A stretch of 64,000 nt of DNA from NCBI GenBank assembly GCA_963815115.1, contig CAWFFN010000009.1:1344001-1408000 (forward strand), in the 5' to 3' direction. How positions within the stretch are numbered: the first letter of the stretch is position 1; each line of letters opens with the position of its first letter. The notes below the pieces were generated by a model, which ran no database searches, had not been told where the DNA came from, and worked only from the letters and a program-made list of their open reading frames with translations. Both the position numbers and the translations under genes were made by a program. This stretch comes from an uncultured delta proteobacterium. Lineage in GTDB: Bacteria; Desulfobacterota; Binatia; DP-6. This document shows positions 9,435 through 18,616 of this stretch, piece by piece.

Positions 9435-12400
9435 ATGTCCTGGAAATCGTCCCGCACGCTGCTGGCCCTGCCCGCCATCGTGCTCGTCATCGTGGCGGTG
9501 CTGGTCGTGCTGCACCGGCGCGAGACGGAGGCCCACGAGCGCTACGTGCTCGACAGTAACGTCCGCGCCCTGTCGGTGCTGGGACGTCAGATCGAGCAGG
9601 TCGTCGGGGGCTTGAACGACGCGGTGACCCGGGCCCTCGACGCGAAGGCCTGCCGCGAGGCGATCAAGGCCGGCACCCACACGGACGTCTGCCTAGGCTT
9701 CCTGTCGTATCCGCTGCATTTCGAGGGGGCGGCCTGCGCGCCGGCGACTCAGGGCGCCGCCCCCACCGTGCTGATGGCTCCGCGCCCCGAGCCCGTCGAG
9801 ACCAACGCCTTCGGCGAGGACGCCAGCGGCCGCTCGCTGCGAGGATTGCGGCGGCGCGGCGCCCGCATCTGCGTTCCGAGCCTGTGGGGCGTGATCCCGC
9901 TCGTCGATGTGCTCGAGCCCCTCGTGGCCGGTAGCACGTTCGACGACGCCGACGTGCTGGTGATGGCGGACGATGGCTCCGTGGTCTTCGAGCGCGGTCG
10001 CTCCGGGATCACCATCCAGGGCTTCGGCGGCACGGACGGCAAGCAGCCGGCCGCGGCCACCGCGAGCAGCGGAGACCAGGGTAGGCCGCGCAACGAGCCG
10101 AGCCCGGCGGCCGACCGCGATCTGCTGGTCGCGCACCTGCCCCGATTCGACGAGGTGAGTCGTACCACCACCGTCTCCCGGGTCGTGCTCGGCGGCAAGG
10201 AGTACCTGCTCCTCACCCAGCCCATCGCCATGCCGCCGGGTCGCGAGACGCCGGAGGGCGCCGTCTCGGCGCTCGCGTCCCACGACCACGCGCCCCCGCG
10301 CTGGGTCGTCGCCGCGCTCGTGCCGGCGCACCATGCCCGCGGCGTGCTGGGCGAGGGGGCGCTGGGTCTCGCGCGCGCCCTCACCGTGCTCGTGCTGTTC
10401 GCGATCCTCGTGCTCCCCTGGCTCAAGCTCGCGACCATGAGCGGTCGCGATCGCCTGAAGCCCCGAGACCTGCATCTCCTCGGCGCCTCCACCGCGCTCA
10501 TCACGGTGCTCGGCTCGCTGGTGGCGATGAGCTGGTACGGAGCCGGCATCATGAGCCAGCAGCTCGACACCCAGATGCACCGGCTCGCCGTCGGGATGCA
10601 GTCGAGCTTCCGCCAGGAAATGCAGACCATCTGCCGGCAGCTCTACGCCATCCGTGATGGCTTGCCGTCGATGAAGTCGGACGAGATCCAATTCATCGAC
10701 CACGCCGTCGCGCGGCATCCCTCGATCCGCAAGCTCGTGGGTGCCTATCCCTTCTTCGAATCCGTGGTGGTCACCGACGGAGAGGGCTTGCAGGTCGCCA
10801 AATGGGCGACGGGCTACGCGACTCCCCAGATCAAGATCGATCGGCAGCTGTCGTTCCGGGATGCCACGGCAGACCACCTCCCCGACTGGGGCAATCCGGG
10901 CGCGCCGGGCGAGCCCGACGGCCCGTCGTCGCACCTGCGCTGCGCGCTCACCGTGCAGGTCTCTCCCAACACCACCAAGACCATCGTGGTGGCCTCGGTC
11001 CCGCGCTCTTCCCCGCCCGACAACGCCTCGGGCGTGGTCGCGATGGTGGCACGCCTGATGTCGCTCGTGGAGCCGGTCATTCCCCCGGGGCTCGCCTTCG
11101 CCGTCGTCCAGGGGGATGGTCAGGTGCTGTTTCACTCGGTGGGTCGCCGGCGCCTGTTCGAGAACTTCTTCGACGAGCTGGATCGCAAGCGCGACATGGA
11201 GGCGGCGGTGCTCGGACGGCACGCCGGCTTCCTCGACTTCTCGTATCATGGCCGGTCGCAGCGCGCGTGGCTCGAGCCCCTGGCGGACACCAGCTGGACC
11301 CTCGTCGTGCTGCGCGACCGGGAAGAGCTGAGCGGCATCGTTCTCGACGCCAGCATGACCACCCTGCTCGTGCTGCTGGGATACGCGGTGCTGTATGTGC
11401 TCGCGGTCGTCGCGCTGCGAGTCACGTTCCCCGAGGAGCACGGGGATTGGATATGGGCCAATGGTGCGAAGCCGGGAGCGTATCTGGGGACGCTCGGCGC
11501 GCTGGCGCTGCTCGCCGGCTGGGGCGCCCGCTCCCTCTGGGGCTCGGCCGGCGATGGCGCCCACCCGGTGGTGCTCGCCCTGGCGCTCCCACCGTTCGCG
11601 TTCGCGCTGGTGTACGTGGCGCTGACCCCGCGCCGAGACGAGCGCGGCTGGTGGTGGGGGCTCTGTCTCGGCGTGGTACTGCTGGGAAGCGCGGCGGCCG
11701 CGGTTGCGGCCGGGGGCATCGGGGCAGCGGCGGCCGTCGTGGGCGCCATCGTCTGCGTCGTCGCTGGCGATGCGCTGGGCCGCCGCCCGCTTCCGCACGC
11801 CGCGCGACTGACGGAGATCGGATACGTCGGCACGCTCTTCCTGGGACTCGTGATCGCGGCCGTGCTGCCGACCTGGGCCGTCTTCAGCGATGCCTTCGCG
11901 TTCGAGACGGAAGCCTGGCTGCACGCCCGCCAGGTTGGGTTCGCGGACGCGTTCGCCCGCAGGGCAGCGCTGGTGAACTCGCTGCAGGCCGACCGCTGGA
12001 TGCGTGACCTGCGAGAGCAGGCCGAGTGGGATCGGCCCGCCGCGAAATGGGCGCGCGAGGATCCGAAAGCGTGCAGGCCCGCCGGCGGGGATGCGGCAGA
12101 GGGACCCCCTGGCGACGCCGTCGCCTGGGTGCTCAAGCGGGTCGGGTCGGTCTTCGACCTCGGAGGCGACGACAAGGAGGAGTCGGCCCGCGCCTTGTGT
12201 GCGGTGGTGGTGCGGCATCCGACCTCGCTCGTACCGCTGGTCGCGACCCCCGCGCTGAGCGACGAGATCGCCCGGGTCCGCGGGATGAGCTACTTCGAAG
12301 CCAGCGACGGCAAGTGGCAGCTGCCGAGGGGCAAGGGGACGCTGATCCTCCGAGATCCCCGGTTCTTCCGGGACGCCGAGACGCGGCGCTGTAGCGAGGC

Positions 12401-13628
12401 GCGCGGCTTCAGGATGCCGCGGCCGCCCCGCTTCCACCTGCCGGGGGCTACCGCGGGTGGCCTCGCCGGCTGGAGCGTGGTCGGCCTCGTGGTCGTCGGG
12501 CTGCTCTTGCTGCTGCGCTACCTCGCGCGCTGGGTGTTTGGGCTCGGCTTCGACGAGCCCGACGCCCGGGCGTCGGGTGGCGCGGCCGCCCCCTGGCGCG
12601 GCCGCTACGTCCTGCGCCCGACAGGCGCGGAGGAGGCGGCACTCGCCGCGGCGGGTTCGCACCCCATCGACCTGCGCACGCTCACGGCACCCGGCGGCTG
12701 GCGCCGGCAGCTGCCGGACGATCCCACGACGAACGTCTTCGTCCTGCATCTCGGGCACCGTGTCCACGAGCCGGAATGGAACCGTGCCAAGCTGGCGCTG
12801 CTCGAACGGCTCGTCTTCGAGCGTCAGGGCACGATCGACGTGACGACCGACGTCGACCTCCTGCCGTACTTCACGAGGAGGCTGCAGTCGCCGGGCGATC
12901 CCGCGTCGGAACAGACCTTCTGCAGCGCCGCCGAGCTGGTCCGCTGGGCGCGGGTGCTCGAACCGCTGCGACGCGAGCGCTCCGATCTCGCCACGGGCTC
13001 GACGTCGAATGCGGGCTGGCGTGCCCTGGTCGAGCGCGAGTGCCTCTGGACCGAGCGTCTGTTCGCGATCCGCGACTACCTGCTGGCCAATGCAACCCTG
13101 TGCCAGACGCTGTCGGACAGCGAGCTGGTGCGCTACATCACCGATCTCGCCGACGCCCACTACCGCCTGCTGTGGAGCAGCAGCACGGACGGAGAGCGGC
13201 TGGTCATGATCCACCTGGCCAAGTACGGCTTCGTGAGTCCCCCCACCTGGGGCGTCGTCCGCCGGCTCGTTCGTCGCGGGCTGATCCGGACGGAGCAGGG
13301 CGTCGACGCGCGGGCCGGGCAGACGTCGGCCGACGCGGAGCGATGGTTCCGTCCGAAGCTCATGAACCGCAGCTTCGAGCACTTCGTGCTCGGTGCCGAG
13401 AGCGAAGACCGGATCGTCGGCTGGGAGCACGCGGCGGGTGCCAGCAGCTGGCACCGCCTGCGCCTCTACCTGCTGATCTTCGGGCTCGCCGCGGGTGGGT
13501 TCCTCTTCGTGACGCAGCCAGACACGCTGTCGCAGAGCGTCGGCTTCCTGGGCTCGCTCGCCGCCGGCCTGGGCGCCCTGATGCAGATCCTGGGCCTGTA
13601 CCGAGGAGCCGAGGCTCGCACGAGCTGA
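9435..13628 (+). CDS. Large polytopic membrane protein with two Cache-like extracytoplasmic domains and a cytoplasmic winged-helix-like C-terminal region
   Basis: 1397-aa ORF with GC3-biased codons; DVLVMADDGSVVF and FAVVQGDGQVLFHS/WTLVVL Cache-like motifs; many hydrophobic segments. Confidence 0.75.
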   Translation: MSWKSSRTLLALPAIVLVIVAVLVVLHRRETEAHERYVLDSNVRALSVLGRQIEQVVGGLNDAVTRALDAKACREAIKAGTHTDVCLGFLSYPLHFEGAACAPATQGAAPTVLMAPRPEPVETNAFGEDASGRSLRGLRRRGARICVPSLWGVIPLVDVLEPLVAGSTFDDADVLVMADDGSVVFERGRSGITIQGFGGTDGKQPAAATASSGDQGRPRNEPSPAADRDLLVAHLPRFDEVSRTTTVSRVVLGGKEYLLLTQPIAMPPGRETPEGAVSALASHDHAPPRWVVAALVPAHHARGVLGEGALGLARALTVLVLFAILVLPWLKLATMSGRDRLKPRDLHLLGASTALITVLGSLVAMSWYGAGIMSQQLDTQMHRLAVGMQSSFRQEMQTICRQLYAIRDGLPSMKSDEIQFIDHAVARHPSIRKLVGAYPFFESVVVTDGEGLQVAKWATGYATPQIKIDRQLSFRDATADHLPDWGNPGAPGEPDGPSSHLRCALTVQVSPNTTKTIVVASVPRSSPPDNASGVVAMVARLMSLVEPVIPPGLAFAVVQGDGQVLFHSVGRRRLFENFFDELDRKRDMEAAVLGRHAGFLDFSYHGRSQRAWLEPLADTSWTLVVLRDREELSGIVLDASMTTLLVLLGYAVLYVLAVVALRVTFPEEHGDWIWANGAKPGAYLGTLGALALLAGWGARSLWGSAGDGAHPVVLALALPPFAFALVYVALTPRRDERGWWWGLCLGVVLLGSAAAAVAAGGIGAAAAVVGAIVCVVAGDALGRRPLPHAARLTEIGYVGTLFLGLVIAAVLPTWAVFSDAFAFETEAWLHARQVGFADAFARRAALVNSLQADRWMRDLREQAEWDRPAAKWAREDPKACRPAGGDAAEGPPGDAVAWVLKRVGSVFDLGGDDKEESARALCAVVVRHPTSLVPLVATPALSDEIARVRGMSYFEASDGKWQLPRGKGTLILRDPRFFRDAETRRCSEARGFRMPRPPRFHLPGATAGGLAGWSVVGLVVVGLLLLLRYLARWVFGLGFDEPDARASGGAAAPWRGRYVLRPTGAEEAALAAAGSHPIDLRTLTAPGGWRRQLPDDPTTNVFVLHLGHRVHEPEWNRAKLALLERLVFERQGTIDVTTDVDLLPYFTRRLQSPGDPASEQTFCSAAELVRWARVLEPLRRERSDLATGSTSNAGWRALVERECLWTERLFAIRDYLLANATLCQTLSDSELVRYITDLADAHYRLLWSSSTDGERLVMIHLAKYGFVSPPTWGVVRRLVRRGLIRTEQGVDARAGQTSADAERWFRPKLMNRSFEHFVLGAESEDRIVGWEHAAGASSWHRLRLYLLIFGLAAGGFLFVTQPDTLSQSVGFLGSLAAGLGALMQILGLYRGAEARTS

Positions 13629-13641
13629 CGATCCCCGAACG

Positions 13642-14331
13642 CTACGACCGGCCGCGCAGCGCGGCGATCGCTCGCACCTGGACGTCGGCGGGGCTGCCGG
13701 TCGCATCGACCACCCGCAGCAGACCCGCGGCACGATAGGCCGCGAGCAACGGCTCGGTCTGCCGGCGGTAGACCGCGAGCCGCTGCGCAATCACCTCCGG
13801 CCGGTCATCGTCCCGCTGCTCCAGCGTGCCGCCCTGCGCCCGGCAGCGTGCGACCGCCGCCGCGTCGTCGAGGTGCAGCGTCCACGGTTCGCCGGCGCCC
13901 GTGCAGAGCCGGCGTCCACCGAGACGGTGGAGGATCGCCTCGTCGGGCAGCTCGAGCGCCAGCGCCACGTTCAACGGACGGTCCAGGTCGGCGAGCACGG
14001 TGTCGAGGGTGCGCGCCTGGTCCAGGCTGCGCGGGTAGCCGTCGAGCAGGATGCCGTACCCCGGCCTGGTGGCGGCGAGACACGAGCGCAGCAGCTGCTC
14101 GATCAGCGCGTCCGGCACCAGGTCGCCGCGCTCGACGTAGGCGGCCGACGTCCGGCCGAGCTCGGTGCCCGCGGCGATCTCGGCACGCAGGCGCTCGCCG
14201 GTGGCGATGCGGTCGAGCGAGAAGGCCTGGACGAGCGCGGGCACGAGGGTGCTCTTGCCCGCGCCGGGCGGTCCGATCAGCACGACCCGGAGTGGTGGGG
14301 AAGGGGAGGCGCCGCGTGCGTCCTCCGGCAT
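13642..14331 (-). CDS. adk: Adenylate kinase
   Basis: GPPGAGKST, GDLVPD, LLDGYPR, QRDDD; LID lacks the canonical four-Cys set. Confidence 0.85.
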   Translation of the reverse strand: MPEDARGASPSPPLRVVLIGPPGAGKSTLVPALVQAFSLDRIATGERLRAEIAAGTELGRTSAAYVERGDLVPDALIEQLLRSCLAATRPGYGILLDGYPRSLDQARTLDTVLADLDRPLNVALALELPDEAILHRLGGRRLCTGAGEPWTLHLDDAAAVARCRAQGGTLEQRDDDRPEVIAQRLAVYRRQTEPLLAAYRAAGLLRVVDATGSPADVQVRAIAALRGRS

Positions 14332-14396
14332 TGCACGCCGAGTCTACACGAGCACGGTCGTGCGCGACCAGCGCGGCCGCTCCCCACGCGCCTGCC

Positions 14397-14426
14397 TTGA
14401 CAATGCGCGGAGCGGGTGGCTACAGA
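14397..14426 (+). promoter_or_regulatory. Sigma70-like promoter
   Basis: TTGACA (14397-14402), 18-nt spacer, TACAGA, directly upstream of the riboswitch. Confidence 0.55.
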
Positions 14427-14436
14427 GGGCTTCAAC

Positions 14437-14513
14437 CTCGTCGCACGACTGGCGTTCGCGTGGAATCAACCACGGGGGAGTGCTGAGCGACCGGCGGGCC
14501 GTACGCCTGGGCC
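14437..14513 (+). ncRNA. ZMP/ZTP (pfl) riboswitch
   Basis: GCAC-GACTGGCG ... CGTGG-aatcaa-CCACG-GGGGAG-TGC ... GCC-gtaCGCCTG-GGC: P1, P2, P3 and GGCG/CGCC pseudoknot as in the pfl consensus; sits in a 5' leader. Confidence 0.85.
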
Positions 14514-14551
14514 CGGGCTTCCGGTGAAGACCACCGAGGTCGCATCGAGCC

Positions 14552-15703
14552 GTGATCAAGTCGTATCTTCTCGCCCCCGGACCCACGCCGGTCCCGCCCG
14601 AGGTGCTGGCAGCGATGTCGCTGCCCCTCATCCACCATCGCACGCCGCAGTTCGCCGCCGTGCTGGGGGAGGTCCAGGAGGGGCTGCGGGAGCTCTTCGG
14701 CACCAAGGAGGACGTGCTCATCCTCGCGGCATCCGGCACGGGTGCCATGGAAAGCGCGATCACCAACCTGTGCTCCCCCGGCGACGAGGTCATCTTCGTC
14801 AACGGCGGCAAGTTCGGCGAGCGCTGGGGAAAGCTCGCGAAGACGTTCGGGGTGGTGGCCCACGAGATCCCCGTCGAGTGGGGACGTGCGGTGCGGCCGG
14901 AGGCCGTCGCCGCGGCGCTCGAGGCGCACCCGAAGACGCGCGCCGTCTACGTGCAGGCGAGCGAGACGTCGACCTGCGTCCTGCACCCCGTGCCGGCGAT
15001 CGCGGAGATCACCCGCGATCGCGACGTGCTCCTGGTGGTCGACGGCATCACCGCCGTGGGCGCGGTCGACCTGCCGATGGACCGCCTCGGCATCGACGCG
15101 CTGGTCACCGGCTCGCAGAAGGGCCTCATGCTGCCGCCCGGTCTCGCCTTCATCGCACTCTCGGCGCGGGCATGGGCGGCGGCGCAGCGTGCGACGCTGC
15201 CGCGCTTCTACTTCGACCTCGCGCGCGAGCGGAAGGGCGTCGCGGAGCGCTCCACGGCATGGACGCCGGCGATCTCGCTCATCCAGGGGCTGCGCGTCGC
15301 GCTCGACATGATGCGCAGCGAGGGCCTGCCGAACGTCTATGCGCGGCACGACCGCCTGGCCCGCGCCACACGCGCCGGCGCGGCTGCGATCGGCCTCCGG
15401 CTGCTGGCGCCGGACGCGCCCAGCCCGGCGGGGACCGCGGTCTGCCTGCCCGACGGCGTCGACGGCAGCGGCATGTTCCGTTACCTGCGCGACCGGATGC
15501 GGGTCACCTTCGCCGGCGGTCAGGATCAGCTGAAGGGCAAGATCATCCGGGTCGCCCACCTGGGCTACGTCGGCAGCTTCGACATCGTCACCGGGCTCGC
15601 GGCGCTCGAGCTGGCGCTGCGTCAGTTCGGTGCGGCGGTCGAGCTCGGCCGGGGCGTCGGGGCCGCCGAGGCGATTCTCGGCGAGGGTCTCCCGCCCCGC
15701 TAG
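14552..15703 (+). CDS. Class V PLP aminotransferase (alanine-glyoxylate/serine-pyruvate family; likely SerC function given serA linkage)
   Basis: PGPTPVP, SGTGAMES, ETST, VDGI, TGSQKGLMLPPG; GTG start. Confidence 0.88.
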   Translation: MIKSYLLAPGPTPVPPEVLAAMSLPLIHHRTPQFAAVLGEVQEGLRELFGTKEDVLILAASGTGAMESAITNLCSPGDEVIFVNGGKFGERWGKLAKTFGVVAHEIPVEWGRAVRPEAVAAALEAHPKTRAVYVQASETSTCVLHPVPAIAEITRDRDVLLVVDGITAVGAVDLPMDRLGIDALVTGSQKGLMLPPGLAFIALSARAWAAAQRATLPRFYFDLARERKGVAERSTAWTPAISLIQGLRVALDMMRSEGLPNVYARHDRLARATRAGAAAIGLRLLAPDAPSPAGTAVCLPDGVDGSGMFRYLRDRMRVTFAGGQDQLKGKIIRVAHLGYVGSFDIVTGLAALELALRQFGAAVELGRGVGAAEAILGEGLPPR

Positions 15704-15715
15704 GGCCGCGACGCC

Positions 15716-17317
15716 ATGGCCTATCGCGTCCTACTGAGCGACTCGCTCGGTCCCGAGGGGCTTGCGCGGCTGCGTGAGCGGTCCGACCTGGAGGTCGATG
15801 CCCGGCCGGGGCTCTCGCCGGCGGAGCTGTGCGAGGTCATCGGCGGCTATCACGCCCTCATCGTCCGCAGCGCCACCAAGGTCACGGCCGACGTCCTGGC
15901 GCGGGCGGACCAGCTGCGCGTGATCGGGCGCGCCGGCATCGGCGTCGACAACATCGACGTCGATGCCGCCACCACGCGCGGCATCGTGGTGATGAACACG
16001 CCCGGAGGCAGCAACGTCACCACCGCCGAGCACGCCATCGCCATGCTGCTCGCGCTGGCGCGCAACATCCCGCAGGCCGCCGCCGCGGTGCGCGCGGGCG
16101 AGTGGCCGCGCAGCACGTGGATCGGAACCGAGGTCTGCAACAAGGTGCTCGGCATCGTCGGCCTCGGCAACATCGGCCGCATCGTGGCCGAGCGCGCCGT
16201 GGGGCTGCGCATGAAGGTGATCGCCTACGATCCCTTCGTCACCGCGGAGGCCGCGGCCCGGCTGCGAGTGGAGCTGGTCTCCCTCGACGACCTCTTCCCG
16301 CGCGCCGACTTCATCACCATCCACACACCGCTCACGGCGGAGACGCGGGGCCTGGTCGGGGCCGGGTCCATCGCCCGCATGAAGCGAGGGGTGCGCATCA
16401 TCAACTGTGCCCGCGGCGGCATCGTCGACGAGAAGGCCCTGGCCGACGCCATTCGCTCGGGTCAGGTCGCCGGCGCCGCGCTCGACGTGTTCGAGCAGGA
16501 GCCGCCGCCGCCCGATCATCCCCTGCGGGCGCTCGACCACGTCATCGCGACCCCGCATCTGGGTGCCTCGACCGCCGAGGCGCAGGTCAACGTCGCCGTC
16601 GCGATCGCGCAGCAGGTGGCGGAGTTTCTCAGCAAGGGGACGATCAACAACGCGGTCAACGCGCCCTCGCTGTCGCCCGAGGTGCTGCAGGTCCTGCGTC
16701 CGTACCTGCGGCTGGCGGAGAAGCTCGGTGCGCTCGCCGCCCAGCTCGCGCCCGGCGTGCCCGAGGAGATCACGGTGCATACCACCGGCGAGGTCGCGGA
16801 GCGCGAGTTGACGGCGCTCTCCACCGCCGTGCTGCGCGGCCTGCTCGATCAGCTGATCGATCTCGACGTGAACTACAGCGTGAACTACGTGAATGCGCCG
16901 GCGATCGCCCGCGGGCGCGGCATCCGCGTCATCGAGTCTCGCGCCACGACGAGCAGCGGCTACGCCAACGCCATCGCGGTGGAGGCCAAGCGCGCGAGCG
17001 GCATGACCCGGGTCCAGGGCGCCGTCTTCGGCACCGACACCGTGCGGCTCACGCGCATCGACGACTTCCGGATGGAAGCCGTCCCGGAGGGTTACATCCT
17101 CATGCTGCACAATCGCGACGTGCCCGGCGTCGTCGGCCGCGTCGGCACGTTGCTCGGGGAGAGCCAGATCAACATCGCGGGCCTGGAGCTGGGCCGGGAG
17201 CGCATCGGGGGCATGGCGTTGTCGCTGTTCCACGTCGACGATCCCGTACCGGCCGAGGTGCTCGCCAAGGTGCGCACGCTGCCGCAGATCGTGGCGGCCG
17301 AGCTGCTCCGTCTCTGA
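15716..17317 (+). CDS. serA: D-3-phosphoglycerate dehydrogenase (long form with ASB/ACT)
   Basis: GRAGIGVDNID, GLGNIG, NCARGG, TPHLGAST, C-terminal ACT NRDVPGVVG. Confidence 0.95.
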   Translation: MAYRVLLSDSLGPEGLARLRERSDLEVDARPGLSPAELCEVIGGYHALIVRSATKVTADVLARADQLRVIGRAGIGVDNIDVDAATTRGIVVMNTPGGSNVTTAEHAIAMLLALARNIPQAAAAVRAGEWPRSTWIGTEVCNKVLGIVGLGNIGRIVAERAVGLRMKVIAYDPFVTAEAAARLRVELVSLDDLFPRADFITIHTPLTAETRGLVGAGSIARMKRGVRIINCARGGIVDEKALADAIRSGQVAGAALDVFEQEPPPPDHPLRALDHVIATPHLGASTAEAQVNVAVAIAQQVAEFLSKGTINNAVNAPSLSPEVLQVLRPYLRLAEKLGALAAQLAPGVPEEITVHTTGEVAERELTALSTAVLRGLLDQLIDLDVNYSVNYVNAPAIARGRGIRVIESRATTSSGYANAIAVEAKRASGMTRVQGAVFGTDTVRLTRIDDFRMEAVPEGYILMLHNRDVPGVVGRVGTLLGESQINIAGLELGRERIGGMALSLFHVDDPVPAEVLAKVRTLPQIVAAELLRL

Positions 17318-17322
17318 TCGCC

Positions 17323-18612
17323 ATGGCTGCGACCGCCATCATGGGCACCCAGTGGGGTGACGAGGGCAAGGGAAAGGTCGTCGACCTGCTCGCCGCCCGC
17401 GCCGACATGGTCGTGCGCTACCACGGCGGCAACAACGCCGGACACACGCTGGTGGTGAACGGCGAGAAGACGGTCCTCAACCTGATCCCGTCGGGAGTGC
17501 TTCACCCCGGCAAGGTGTGCGTGCTGGGCGCCGGCATGGTGATCGACCCCGAGATCCTGGTGCGCGAGATCACCGGGCTGCGTGCCCGCGGCTACCTCGG
17601 CGAGGACCGCTGGCTGCGGGTGAGCGACCAGGCGCACCTCATCATGCCGTACCACCGGGCCATCGACCACGCCCGCGAGCGGCTGCGCGAGGCCGGTGCG
17701 ATCGGCACCACCGGGCGGGGCATCGGTCCCGCCTACGAGGACAAGATGGCCCGCACGGGCATCCGGGTGGGCGATCTCTTCGACGAGGACGGGTTCGCCG
17801 ACGCGCTGGCGCGCAACCTGCGCGAGAAGAACGGCTACCTGGAGGCCCTGCTGGGCGAGCCGCCCCTCGCCATCGAGGAGATCCTGGAGCAATACCGCGG
17901 CTATCGCGAGCAGCTGGCGCCCTTCATCGCCGACACCGGCGCCGAGGTACGCGCCGCGGTCGCGCGTGGTTCCCGCGTCCTCCTCGAGGGCGCGCAGGGG
18001 GCTCTCCTCGACGTCGATCACGGTACGTACCCGTTCGTCACCTCGTCGACCTGCGTGCCCGGCGGAGCCTCCGCGGGCGCCGGGCTGCCGCCGCGCATGA
18101 TCGGCCGCATCATCGGCATCGCCAAGGCGTACACGACGCGCGTCGGTGGCGGCCCGTTCCCCACCGAGCTGCGCGACGCACTCGGCCAGCGCCTGCGGGC
18201 CGACGGCGACGAGTACGGCGCGACCACCGGCCGGCCGCGGCGCTGCGGCTGGTTCGACGCCGTCGTCGTGCGGCACGCGGTGGCGCTCTCCGGGCTCGAC
18301 GCCCTCGCGCTCACCAAGCTCGACGTGCTCACCGGCATCGATCCCATCCGCATCTGCGTCGGGTACGAGATCGAGGGCAAACGCGTCGACCGCCCGCCGG
18401 CGACCCAGCGCGCCTGGGCGCTGGCGAAGCCGATCTACGAGGACGTCGCGGGCTGGCAGGACGATCTCGGGCACGCGCGCACGCTCGACGAGCTGCCGGC
18501 GGCGGCGCGGCGCTACATCGATCGGCTCTCGGCGGCGGTCGAGGCGCCGGTCGCGCTGGTGTCGGTCGGCGCGGCGCGCGAGGAGACGATCCGCCTCGGG
18601 GAGGTCTTCTGA
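17323..18612 (+). CDS. purA: Adenylosuccinate synthetase
   Basis: GTQWGDEGKGK, GGNNAGHT, IGTTGRGIGPAY, EGAQG, GATTGRPRRCGWFD; true ATG at 17323 inside ORF 15829..18612. Confidence 0.97.
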   Translation: MAATAIMGTQWGDEGKGKVVDLLAARADMVVRYHGGNNAGHTLVVNGEKTVLNLIPSGVLHPGKVCVLGAGMVIDPEILVREITGLRARGYLGEDRWLRVSDQAHLIMPYHRAIDHARERLREAGAIGTTGRGIGPAYEDKMARTGIRVGDLFDEDGFADALARNLREKNGYLEALLGEPPLAIEEILEQYRGYREQLAPFIADTGAEVRAAVARGSRVLLEGAQGALLDVDHGTYPFVTSSTCVPGGASAGAGLPPRMIGRIIGIAKAYTTRVGGGPFPTELRDALGQRLRADGDEYGATTGRPRRCGWFDAVVVRHAVALSGLDALALTKLDVLTGIDPIRICVGYEIEGKRVDRPPATQRAWALAKPIYEDVAGWQDDLGHARTLDELPAAARRYIDRLSAAVEAPVALVSVGAAREETIRLGEVF

Positions 18613-18616
18613 GCCG

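Noticed and set aside
9693-13790. 1365-aa antisense ORF and other long overlapping ORFs (e.g. 53074..56034, 25874..28393, 61235..63625)
   Set aside because: Stop-poor shadow frames expected at high GC; Arg/Ala/Gly-rich with no motifs
15829-18612. 927-aa ORF as an extended PurA
   Set aside because: The N-terminal part is an off-frame shadow of serA; PurA starts at 17323
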